NCBI GenBank assembly: GCA_963695545.1
Contig: OY968796.1
Location: 3,808,001 to 3,872,000, forward strand
DNA from: Terriglobia bacterium
GTDB taxonomy: Bacteria; Acidobacteriota; Terriglobia; Acidiferrales; UBA7541
DNA: 64,000 nucleotides
Direction: 5' to 3'
In this document: in pieces, positions 41,855 to 51,294 of the stretch
Position numbering within the stretch: position 1 is the first letter of the stretch
Layout: every line of letters begins with the position of its first letter
The notes under the pieces: model-generated
Seen by the model: only the letters and a program-made list of their open reading frames with translations
Told to the model about the DNA's origin: nothing
The model's database searches: none
Made by a program: the position numbers and the translations under genes

Positions 41855-44800
41855 ATGCTGCGTCTTGACCCACTGGAAGTCATACAGCGATTCCGCACGC
41901 CCGGCGGGAGTGAGTTCGCCGGGTTTTGCAATCGGATTATTCTAGCCTCGTGCTGGGCGGGCGGCGTGCCCCCGTCCGCCGTTTCAACCTCCTCGAGAAC
42001 GGACGCGAGGGACGGCGGAGTGGACACGCATGTCGCCGTAGCGATTCCCGGCGACCGGAGCGGATACCTTGACGTGCCCACGATCTGGCAGTTCAAAGCC
42101 ACCGCCGCTCGCAACGTGAATGAAGCGAGCATGAAGAAGGAGGCCAATAAACCACACGCAAAGCAGAAAATCAAAGAAGGCCACGGCTACAGGTTCTGCG
42201 TCTGTGACCATTTGACGTCCGAGAAGAGGCAGACTTTGCTTACCGCCCTAACCCAGGCGGTGAAGAGAATCAACAAGCATGCTCCGCCGCCCCTGATTCT
42301 CTCCGTGGATCATCTCGCCGAATTCGCGAATTCCTTCCCCGCACTCGTGTTGGATTACCGACCACGCGCCGACGGAATTTTCTGCCTCTTTGATCCGTGG
42401 AGCCAGTCCGTCACGAGTATCACAGCCATATTTGTGCCTCAAGGCGGATTCGAGGCAATACGCTTGAACATCGTTTCTTATGTTGACCCATCCAACGAAG
42501 TTCGGTCGCCGGTGCTCACGGTCTACGGTGCCCCCGGGGCCGGAAAGACCAGGTTAGTCTTCGAGTGCCTCCGCCAAATTCCCGCCGCGCCCAGCCTGGT
42601 TCTTTACACATCCAGCGAGGACGACGCCCTTAACCTCGCCAACATGTTGGCGAACCACCAAAACGCGCACGCGATAATCGTTGTGGATGAATGTTCAATT
42701 TCCGCCCGCGAGCGAATATCGCGGGTCCTGAGTGGATTCCGAGGCACGATTCGGTGCGTCTGTATTGATAACGATCGCTTACGCCTCGTCACGCCAGCGC
42801 CGGAACTACTGGTATCGAAATTGACCCCAGGGGAGCTTGAAAACGTTCTGCGGGCAAACTTTGCGCATATTCCGTTCGAGCGGGCTCGTGCATACGCCGG
42901 GCTCTGCGACGGCTCTGTACGTCTGGCCGCCGATATGTGCGCCCACTACGATGCGGAGATCGCCCAAGCGCGCACGATGAGTCCCGCCCTGGCCCCGACC
43001 AGCGAATACTTTGGGGTGCGGTTAAAGGACGACGCGGACCGCGAGGCGATCGAGGCGATCGCGCTACTGCGGAGGGTGAAATATAAAGGCGAGCGGCCCA
43101 CCGAGCTGGAGCTGATTTCCAAGCTCACGGGAATCCAGGACGCTAAAGAAATGGAACGTTCGCTTTCTCGAATCAAGGAAACACCGGGATGGGTGGAGAA
43201 GGGAGCGCTCTACTACAGGGTGACTCCCGGAATTATCGCGATGGTCGCGTTCGATCTTGCGTGGTCGCGTTGGGCCAAGGGAAGAGAGGAAGACTTCTTG
43301 GGACGGATGCCGGACGCGATCCAGGAATCATTTCTGCAACGCGTTTCCGAGAGCGCGAGTCAGGAGGTGCGGGACACTGTACAAAGGTTTTTTCGAAGGT
43401 TCGCCGATGATTTTACGCCCCGAGATCTGGGGGATATCCGCATGGTTAATCGATTCATCAGTTTGATCGAGACAGACTCACGCACATATCTACCATCGAT
43501 ACGTCGCGTCATCGAAGCCGCGGCGCCCGGCGATCTGGCCAGGAAACCGAAGCGCGCCAGCGGGTCGTGGGGTCCGCGACGACAGCTCGTGTGGACGATG
43601 GAGAACTTCGTAGTCTTTCCCGAGCATTTCATCGACTGCGAGGCCATTCTCTATAGGCTCGCTCAACACGAATGCGAACCGGAGATCGGCAATAACGCGA
43701 CGAAGACATGGCAACATTTGTTCAGGATCCAAATGCCCGGCACGGCCGTTCCACTCACGGCAAGGCTCGACCTGTTGCGGTCAAGGCTAAATCAGGCGAC
43801 TGACGACACAGCTGAACTGCTTTCGGGGGCCTTAGGCGAAATTCTAGACACCATGGGGACGAGACTCATGGGCCCCCCCGTAGTCGGAGGACGAGTGCCT
43901 CCCGCGGACTGGTTCCCGCAAGGGAGGCAGGAAACGTTGGACTCGATCATGGCCGGGCTCAGGCTCCTTGACGATAGCACGCAGCATCCCGTCGCCTCTG
44001 TTGCGGCCGCGGCAAAGAAGCACCTACTGGGAGACGTTGAAGTCCTCACGAGATACGGATGGCTACCTGAGGTGCGAGATTTCGTCATGCATTCCCACCT
44101 AGACGAGTCCGACAAAGCATCCCTAGCCACTAGGTTTAAGCGTGTGTTGACCTGGGGCAAAGACACGAGCGATAAGGCTTTCACCCCGGAATTCATTAAA
44201 GCCCTCGGCGAATGGATCGCGAGCTTGGAGCCAACATCCATCCACGCCAGAATGGTTGGCGCGGTCAGCGCATCCAGCGGGGAATTTTACGGCCGAGAAC
44301 AGGAATGGGAGCATGACCTGGACCGACTTGCCTCCGAGGTCTTGGCCGACGACGCTCGATTCGACTCGGAGATCGCTTGGCTCACCTCCAGCGAGGCGAA
44401 AAGCTCCTTCGAATTCGGAAGCAGGCTTGGCACGATGGACAGGGAGGCCAAACTAATCGACAAGATTCAGGAGAAATCGCTCGGCGCCGAGATCGGGCTG
44501 CTTCGGGGATACGTCGCCGGGTTGCTTTACGGTGCAAATGCCGATCCGCAGATTGTCAACTCTCGTCTTGATTTGATCGAAGAGCAGGACCCACTTCTTT
44601 CATTCCAGATCGCACTCGCCGGCGGATCGCGCGTAAGCGTATTTGATCGGGCCATCCGACTCATCAAGGCGGGTCGCCTAACTCCGTTTGCACTCCGCAA
44701 CTTCACCTTCTGGGTCGGGAACGTTCGGGTCACAAATGAGCAAGTCAGCGAGGCTCTCGGCGTGCTCACACCTGTCGCTGCGGACGATCCGTCCGCCTCC

Positions 44801-45529
44801 GACGTGATCGTGGATTTCCTCGGCGCGCGCCTACACGTCCACGAGTTTGATGCCCTTCTTGAGGGGAACAAGGAATCGGTTTGGAGGGCGATCTCCGCAG
44901 CGGCGGCGCGCCCAGGAAGAGAAGTATTTTGGATAGGCAAGGTACTCGAAGCTGCGGCCCCTACGGATCGGTCTCTTGCCATACGGCTGGCCACCCGACT
45001 GCTGGTCAGCGACAATTTCGAGTGCAGGGACGAAGCCGCAAAACTGCTTTCATCTTGGGCCACGCTATACCCGGACGATGTGATGACCAGCGTCGGGGAA
45101 GCGATGCTAAATGAGACGACGGGTTGGCGCTTTTTCGCATCAAAGTTCAACATCTTCTACGCGATCCCTGAAAATATTGTTATCCGCTGGCTCGAATCGG
45201 CGGGTGTACAGGGTGCGCGGAAGATCGCACGCCATTTGCCTTCCCCATTCTTAGACGCGACGGGTGAACCCGAGGTGCCCGCGCTGACCGGGTACGTGCT
45301 GACTCGTTTTGAAGACGATCGCATGACGTTCGCCGAGTTTTGCGCGGGCACACGAACTCGATTTTATGTGGGCGACTTTGCGAGCCAACGCGAGGAAGAA
45401 GCCAGGGCGATGAAACCGTTTCTCCGCCATCCTCTGAAGAGAATTCGCCAGTGGGCGCAATACGAACAAGATTCCGCCGCCGAAGAGGCGAGGATCCACC
45501 GCGAGCACGACGACGAATCGAACCCATGA
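41855..45529 (+). CDS. PD-(D/E)xK (Mrr-like) nuclease-STAND NTPase-helical repeat protein, candidate antiphage
   Basis: DGGVD...WQFKA; Walker A GAPGAGKT; Walker B IIVVDE; long alpha-helical C-terminus; atypical codon usage. Confidence 0.75.
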   Translation: MLRLDPLEVIQRFRTPGGSEFAGFCNRIILASCWAGGVPPSAVSTSSRTDARDGGVDTHVAVAIPGDRSGYLDVPTIWQFKATAARNVNEASMKKEANKPHAKQKIKEGHGYRFCVCDHLTSEKRQTLLTALTQAVKRINKHAPPPLILSVDHLAEFANSFPALVLDYRPRADGIFCLFDPWSQSVTSITAIFVPQGGFEAIRLNIVSYVDPSNEVRSPVLTVYGAPGAGKTRLVFECLRQIPAAPSLVLYTSSEDDALNLANMLANHQNAHAIIVVDECSISARERISRVLSGFRGTIRCVCIDNDRLRLVTPAPELLVSKLTPGELENVLRANFAHIPFERARAYAGLCDGSVRLAADMCAHYDAEIAQARTMSPALAPTSEYFGVRLKDDADREAIEAIALLRRVKYKGERPTELELISKLTGIQDAKEMERSLSRIKETPGWVEKGALYYRVTPGIIAMVAFDLAWSRWAKGREEDFLGRMPDAIQESFLQRVSESASQEVRDTVQRFFRRFADDFTPRDLGDIRMVNRFISLIETDSRTYLPSIRRVIEAAAPGDLARKPKRASGSWGPRRQLVWTMENFVVFPEHFIDCEAILYRLAQHECEPEIGNNATKTWQHLFRIQMPGTAVPLTARLDLLRSRLNQATDDTAELLSGALGEILDTMGTRLMGPPVVGGRVPPADWFPQGRQETLDSIMAGLRLLDDSTQHPVASVAAAAKKHLLGDVEVLTRYGWLPEVRDFVMHSHLDESDKASLATRFKRVLTWGKDTSDKAFTPEFIKALGEWIASLEPTSIHARMVGAVSASSGEFYGREQEWEHDLDRLASEVLADDARFDSEIAWLTSSEAKSSFEFGSRLGTMDREAKLIDKIQEKSLGAEIGLLRGYVAGLLYGANADPQIVNSRLDLIEEQDPLLSFQIALAGGSRVSVFDRAIRLIKAGRLTPFALRNFTFWVGNVRVTNEQVSEALGVLTPVAADDPSASDVIVDFLGARLHVHEFDALLEGNKESVWRAISAAAARPGREVFWIGKVLEAAAPTDRSLAIRLATRLLVSDNFECRDEAAKLLSSWATLYPDDVMTSVGEAMLNETTGWRFFASKFNIFYAIPENIVIRWLESAGVQGARKIARHLPSPFLDATGEPEVPALTGYVLTRFEDDRMTFAEFCAGTRTRFYVGDFASQREEEARAMKPFLRHPLKRIRQWAQYEQDSAAEEARIHREHDDESNP

Positions 45530-45693
45530 CGCGGGAAGGCCGTGTCCCGAATCTCCGGGCATCAGCGCGATCCGCCAACGCCACCGGCCAGCCAGCGGCT
45601 GACCCCACAATCGCCCGCCGCCAGAATGTCGCTGCGGTCTTCGACCTCCGCGACGGCCTTCGGCAGAGCGGTGTGGTAGTTGTTGCGATCGTT

Positions 45694-46411
45694 ATCCAGG
45701 GCTTCCCCGCCAGAAGGCCGGCGGGCAGGCGCCCTGGGCTAGATTGTTTCGCCCCCTGCCTACCGGCAGGCAGGCTACGGGGCTTTTGCGGCGCGGGGGG
45801 GAGAGAGTTACGAGGGGTGATGGGGCGTTAGCGGCGAAGAAAGTCAAAGGCGACGGAGAGGTCCCTCGTCGCTACGCTCGCTCGGGATGACCAAGTAACG
45901 GTCAGTGGCGAGGGGTGGGGACGGCGGATCAAAAGCGACGGAGGGATTCTTCGACTGCGAGACGACTCGTCCGCGGGACGCGGACGGAGGAAAAAGAGTC
46001 GTCTCTTCGCTCAGAATGACGGTTTTTCTTCGTGTGGTCGGCCGGGGCGTTAGCGGCGATTGGGATCCGAAAGTGGGCGGGATGACAACGTTTGGGGAAG
46101 GGCGGGGATGGAGGCCTGAAGGCCTCCGCTACATACGGCAGAAAGGCTGCCAGCCTGAAGGCTGGCGCTACAAATTCGTACGGCCAAGGCGACGGAGAGG
46201 TCCCTCGTCGCTGCGCTCGCTCGGGATGACCAAATAACGGTCAGTGGCGAGTGGTGAGAGAAAGCGAAAGCAGATCCCTCACCTCCGTTCGCGAAGGCGC
46301 GACCGGGTTCGGGATGACAACGCTAACGGCAAAGGCGGCGGAGAGGGCGAGGTCAAAAACCGCACCCTTAAAGGCGAAGGGTGCGGCACCCGCGCGGGGC
46401 GTTAGCGGCGA
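45694..46411. repeat. Mosaic REP-like palindrome cluster 1
   Basis: Contains 62-bp GCGACGGAGAGGTCCCTCG..GGGATGAC repeats (45850, 46189), CTAC-ending hairpins (46110, 46149), a CCGCACCCTT/AAGGGTGCGG hairpin, three GGGCGTTAGCGGCGA copies and CAGG inserts. Confidence 0.85.
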
Positions 46412-46478
46412 AAAAGAGCGAGGGCACACAGCGAGGAGTCGCCGTGCTGCGTGAGGCGCGGCTAGGGGGACTACGCGC

Positions 46479-47057
46479 TCACGGACGATGGAAGCGGCCT
46501 ACCAGGACGCCTTTCATTAGGATGTGGCCATTCATCGCGTTCATCACGTCGGCTTGCGTGGCGTCGGGGCCGAGCGACAATTTCGTATCGAGGGCGTAGA
46601 GCTCGAAGGTGTAGTGATGATACGGGCCCGCAGCGCCCGCGCCCATTCCCATGTAGCCGACGTGCTTGCCGTAGTTGAGCGCTTGAATCGAGCCGTCGGG
46701 AAGTTGCGCGGTGGCGGGCTGGCCTTCGGGCAATTCGCGCGCGGTGCCGGGAATGTTGAAGACCATCCAGTGCAAAATCTGGTCGGTGGTTTTGTTTACG
46801 GAGGTGTCGGGATCGTGCACGATCAGCGTGAACGTCACGACGCCATCGGGCACGTTGGTCCACATCAGTTCGGGCGAGACGGGCGCGCCGTCGGCGGCCA
46901 TGGTGAATTTGTTGGGAATGATGCCGCCGTCTTCAAATCCGCTCGAGGTGAGAGTGAGGCGAGGCTTCGTCGGCGCGGGCGCTTGCATCGAGGGCGATTG
47001 CGCCATGGCGCCTGCGGCTGAGATCAACATGAGGCCGGCGATCCATGCGGTTTTCAT
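46479..47057 (-). CDS. YbhB/YbcL family (PEBP/Raf kinase inhibitor-like) exported protein
   Basis: Signal peptide; VSPELMW, HDPD, HWMVFNIP, HHYTFELYALD. Confidence 0.92.
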   Translation of the reverse strand: MKTAWIAGLMLISAAGAMAQSPSMQAPAPTKPRLTLTSSGFEDGGIIPNKFTMAADGAPVSPELMWTNVPDGVVTFTLIVHDPDTSVNKTTDQILHWMVFNIPGTARELPEGQPATAQLPDGSIQALNYGKHVGYMGMGAGAAGPYHHYTFELYALDTKLSLGPDATQADVMNAMNGHILMKGVLVGRFHRP

Positions 47058-47160
47058 TTTTAGGTCCTCGCTGTGCGAAGAATTTGGATGTCGCGATGTC
47101 GGCGCGACCGGGAATTCGGCCGGCGATTTGGCGCGACGATTGTAGATGAGTTTCGCGTGG

Positions 47161-47494
47161 GTGACGAGTGGCGAGTGGCGAGAGATTTTGGGCGTTAGCG
47201 GCGAAAGCAGATCCCCCACCAGCGTTCGCCGGGGGCCGGCGACCGGGTTCCCTCCTTCGCAAGGGCTGCGGCGGGCAGGCGGGATGACAACGGTACGGCA
47301 AGGGCGGCGGAGAAAAGCAAAAGCGACGGAGAGGTCCCTCGTCGCTGCGCTCGCTCGGGATGACCAGATAACGGGCAGTGACCGGTGTTGAGTGGCGAGG
47401 TGGCGAGAGATTTTGGGCGTTAGCGGCGATTGCGATTCAAGGGTGGTTGGATAGAGAGGAAGAACCCCACGCGCAGGCACGGCGCGTGGGGCAC
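47161..47494. repeat. Mosaic REP-like palindrome cluster 2
   Basis: 30-bp direct repeat at 47175-47204 and 47400-47429; GGGATGAC-ending repeats at 47203 and 47323; hairpin at 47465-47494. Confidence 0.85.
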
Positions 47495-47658
47495 ACGGGA
47501 ATAGAACCACGGCGGGACGTTGCCAAATTGCGTTCAGGCGCGTAAAGAAATGGTGGGATCGGGCGCGGCGGCGCGGTAGTGTGCTAATTCAAGGTGGGCG
47601 CGATTGGGGCAGGCCGGGTGAGGCGCGGCGCGGTGGCGCGCGAAAAGGAGAATAGGCG

Positions 47659-48210
47659 ATGCGACGAACGCTGGTGATTGTGGGATTGATGCTGGTGAGC
47701 GCTGCGGCGGCTTTGGCGCAGGACACGACTCTGAAGATCAGAATCGACGAAATACCCGGCGGGAGCCAGGACGCCGGCGGGCAAGTGCGCACGGACGTGC
47801 TGCCGATGATCTCGGGAAATCCGCATTACACGCTGGTGTCCGACACGAGCTGGGATCTGCACCTGCTGCTGAATTGCGTGTATGCGACGTCGGGCAGCGA
47901 CAATCAGCGCATTGGCGTGAATTGCGCGAACGAGCTGATCTATCAGCCGGATAAATGGGGCGGGATTATGGACGCGTTCGGTCCTTACATTGAGCTGGGC
48001 CCCGATGAGGACAGCGTGGCCAAGCAGTCGTTTGCGGATTTGATCGACGCGACGACGGTGGACAACATCAAGAAAGCCGACGACTACATCACGCAAATCG
48101 TTTCGGGAATTTACAAGGTGGCGAGCAGTTCGGCGTCGTCCACGGCGAAGCCGTGCACGGTCTCGCCAAAATCGCCGGCGAACGCGAGCGGGCAGCCGGT
48201 GCCGCACTAG
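47659..48210 (+). CDS. Hypothetical secreted protein
   Basis: AAGGAG SD; signal peptide ending ALA-Q. Confidence 0.75.
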   Translation: MRRTLVIVGLMLVSAAAALAQDTTLKIRIDEIPGGSQDAGGQVRTDVLPMISGNPHYTLVSDTSWDLHLLLNCVYATSGSDNQRIGVNCANELIYQPDKWGGIMDAFGPYIELGPDEDSVAKQSFADLIDATTVDNIKKADDYITQIVSGIYKVASSSASSTAKPCTVSPKSPANASGQPVPH

Positions 48211-48301
48211 ATCGGCGTTCTGGACCGCGGGACATACACCGACAAGCTGAGCTGAGCGCGGATTGCGCGCCGGGCGTAAGCGTTTGCGGAGCGCCGCCAG
48301 T

Positions 48302-48384
48302 GGGGCGTTAGCGGCGATTGCGCTCGAAGCGAAATCGATAGAGTCAAAACCCGCACCGTTAAAACCGAAGGGTGCGGCACCCGC
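48302..48384. repeat. REP-like cluster 3
   Basis: GGGGCGTTAGCGGCGA plus GTCAAAACCCGCACCG..AAGGGTGCGGCACCCGC, matching 46352-46393. Confidence 0.8.
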
Positions 48385-48572
48385 AAAAGTCGTGGCTGTG
48401 TGTCCCATCGCGGACAGGCATTTACTGTACGCGGGGGCGCGAGGTGCCTGGTAAAGCGCTGATACGCGGCCACTTACTCGACGCCTGGCCGAAAACCGCG
48501 GGGATGGCAAAGAGGTAACCTTCGAGCGGCAAATATCGCCGGATGCGTGCACCAAAATGGTACAAGTGAGAG

Positions 48573-50381
48573 ATGGCATTCCGCTCGAACAGCAACGTTC
48601 AAAAGTATATGCGGTCGGTGGATCGCCGCGAATGGATTCTGTGGAGTTTCGCGATCCTGGTGACGCTGCTGCTGACGGCGGGAATCGCGTCGTTCATGGC
48701 GCCGATGTTGCACGAGCGGCTGACCGACTTCGAGAAGTTGAATATGAATCTGGCGGTGCGCGGCCTGGTGGGCATGGTGCTGCTGTTCGACATCTACACG
48801 ATTTACCAGCAATTGCAGATTCACGGAATTCGCAAGGAGTTGGTGCGGCGCGAGGAATTGTTTCGGCTGATCAGCGAGAACGCGGCGGACATGATCTCGG
48901 TGGTGGACGCGGACGGGAAATGGCTTTACAGCAGTCCGGCGTACGAGCGGATTCTGGGGTATAGCGCGGAGGAGCTGCAGAGCACGTCGTCGCTCGAGCA
49001 GGTTCACCCGGACGATCGGCACATCGTGGAGGAAGCGGCGCGTGCGGCGCGCAACGGCGGGCAAGGCCCCACGATTCAGTATCGCATGCGGCATAAGGAC
49101 GGCACGTGGCACGTCGTCGAGTCAGGCGCGCGGGTGGTGCTGAACGACAAGGGTCAGGTGGAGAAGCTGGTGATCGTGAATCGCGACATCAGCGCGCGCA
49201 AACAATTGGAAGAGCAGTTTCGTCAGTCGCAGAAAATGGAGGCGGTGGGGCGATTGTCGGGAGGCGTGGCGCACGATTTCAACAATATTTTGGGCGTGAT
49301 CATCGGATACGCGGAATTTCTGCAGGAACGCATCGGGCCGGAAGACCCTCTGCGCGGCAGCGCCGACGAAATCCTGAAAGCTGGGAAACGCGCGGCCTCG
49401 CTGACGCGCCAACTGCTGGCGTTCAGCCGGCAGCAAGTGCTCGATCCGAAAGTGATCGATATCAACAGCGTAGTCCTCGATATGGAAAAGCTGCTGCGCA
49501 GGCTGATCTCAGAAGACATCGAGCTGACCACGCCGCTCGGGACCGGAGTGGGCCGCGTGAAGGCCGATCAAGGCCAAGTGGAACAAGTGATCATGAATCT
49601 GGCCGTGAACGCGCGCGACGCCATGCCGCACGGCGGCAAACTGACGATCTCAACCGAAGAGATGGTGATGGATAAAGAGTTCGTGCGGCGCTATCCGTAT
49701 CCGGTGCAATGCGGGCCGTACGTTTGCCTGACGGTAACCGACTCGGGAATCGGGATGGATGCGGAGACGAAGGCGCGCGCGTTTGAACCGTTTTTCACCA
49801 CCAAGGAAAAAGGAAAAGGCACGGGGCTCGGGCTTTCCACGGTGTACGGCGTGGTGAAGCAGAGCGGCGGGTACATCGATATTTTCAGCACCGTGGGCAA
49901 AGGCACGACATTCAAGATTTATCTGCCGCGCGTTGAGGACGCGATTAAGGCGCCGGAGTTTTTGGCCGCCGGGCCGACCAGCTCTTTCGAGGGCAAAGAG
50001 ACGATCCTGGTGGCTGAGGACGAGGAATCGCTGCGCAAACTGACGCGCACCACGCTCGAATCGCTGGGCTACGAAGTGCTGGAATCGCGCGACGGCGTGG
50101 AGGCTCTCGAAGTGAGCGCGCAACACGCGGGGCCGATCCATTTGCTGCTCACCGACATGGTGATGCCCGGGATGGGCGGGCGCGCACTGGCGCAGGAACT
50201 GTCGCGGCAGCGCGTGGACACCAAGATCGTATATATGTCCGGCTACACGGGGCAGGCCGTGGGATCACAGGGACCGATCGAGCCAGGCAGCGATTTCCTT
50301 GCGAAACCGTTCACGCGGGAAACTTTGGCACGCAAGATCCGGGAAGCGCTGGATCGCCGCGTGCTTGCGGAGTCCAGATGA
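48573..50381 (+). CDS. Membrane PAS hybrid sensor histidine kinase (CckA-like architecture)
   Basis: Two TM helices; PAS with HPDD; GGVAHDFNN, NLAVNARDAM, EPFFTTK, GTGLGL; C-terminal REC (LLTDMVMP, FLAKPF). Confidence 0.93.
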   Translation: MAFRSNSNVQKYMRSVDRREWILWSFAILVTLLLTAGIASFMAPMLHERLTDFEKLNMNLAVRGLVGMVLLFDIYTIYQQLQIHGIRKELVRREELFRLISENAADMISVVDADGKWLYSSPAYERILGYSAEELQSTSSLEQVHPDDRHIVEEAARAARNGGQGPTIQYRMRHKDGTWHVVESGARVVLNDKGQVEKLVIVNRDISARKQLEEQFRQSQKMEAVGRLSGGVAHDFNNILGVIIGYAEFLQERIGPEDPLRGSADEILKAGKRAASLTRQLLAFSRQQVLDPKVIDINSVVLDMEKLLRRLISEDIELTTPLGTGVGRVKADQGQVEQVIMNLAVNARDAMPHGGKLTISTEEMVMDKEFVRRYPYPVQCGPYVCLTVTDSGIGMDAETKARAFEPFFTTKEKGKGTGLGLSTVYGVVKQSGGYIDIFSTVGKGTTFKIYLPRVEDAIKAPEFLAAGPTSSFEGKETILVAEDEESLRKLTRTTLESLGYEVLESRDGVEALEVSAQHAGPIHLLLTDMVMPGMGGRALAQELSRQRVDTKIVYMSGYTGQAVGSQGPIEPGSDFLAKPFTRETLARKIREALDRRVLAESR

Positions 50382-51106
50382 GCACATTAACCAGCAAGGG
50401 GAACGGTTCGACTGCGCCCGGGGCCGTGAAATTGGCGAAGATCCTGGTCGTGGACGACGACGAATCCGTACGCGGGCTGATTCGCATGCGATTGTCGGAC
50501 ACATACCAGGTGGTTGATACCGGCGATCCCGAGCAGGCTCTCGCGCTGGCGCTCGAGAACAAACCAGACGCGATTTTGCTGGATTTGATGATGCCGGGGC
50601 TATCCGGATTCGAGCTGTGCCAGAGCTTTCACAGTCTGAGCTACACATCGCGCATCCCGATATTCGTGATCACCGGCGAGGCCGGGACAAGATACAAAGA
50701 ACACGTCGAGACACTCGGCGCAAAGGGCTACTTCCACAAGCCGGTGGATTTCGCGGCGCTCAAAGCCGCGCTCGCGGCGGAACTTGACACCAAGCAACCG
50801 GAGCGACGGAAACACAAGAGAGTCCAAATGCGCGTCACGCTGAAACTGCGCGGGACAGACGCAAGTGGGAAAGCGTTCGAGGAATCGATCGCCACGGAAA
50901 ATGTGAGCGCTTACGGGTTTCTGTCCAATTGCGCGGCGACGCTGGTCAAGGGAAGCGCGGTCGAAGTCTTTCTCGCGGCCGGCGGGCAAGAGCGGTACGC
51001 AGGGCACGCGCAGGTGGTCCGCCAGGAATCGACCGCCGCGTCCTGGCACCGCTATGGATTTCAGTTCCTGGAGACAACCTCCGATTGGTTGCTTCAGGAT
51101 AAGTAG
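50378..51106 (+). CDS. Response regulator with REC and PilZ domains
   Basis: ILVVDDD, LLDLMMP, KP; PilZ motifs RKHKR and NVSAYG; ATGA overlap with the kinase. Confidence 0.88.
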   Translation: MSTLTSKGNGSTAPGAVKLAKILVVDDDESVRGLIRMRLSDTYQVVDTGDPEQALALALENKPDAILLDLMMPGLSGFELCQSFHSLSYTSRIPIFVITGEAGTRYKEHVETLGAKGYFHKPVDFAALKAALAAELDTKQPERRKHKRVQMRVTLKLRGTDASGKAFEESIATENVSAYGFLSNCAATLVKGSAVEVFLAAGGQERYAGHAQVVRQESTAASWHRYGFQFLETTSDWLLQDK

Positions 51107-51294
51107 CGCGCGCGGGAGCGGCGCCCCGCCGATAAGCGCCCGTCCGCGTCCGGGATCCCCTCGAAAAATTATTTTACAAATGCCGGCCGCGGTTGGAGCC
51201 ACGCAGATTTTCCGCGGCTCTCTGCCGGATGCGCGGCGCATGGAAACTTGTTATGCTCGGCGGCGAGTTTACAAGTTTAATTCGAGGGGATCCG

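Noticed and set aside
46321..46407. Integron attC site (CGCTAACG...CGTTAGCG ends)
   Set aside because: Poor fit to RYYYAAC/GTTRRRY, no paired L boxes, the other GTTAGCG copies lack partners, and there is no integron integrase in the window.
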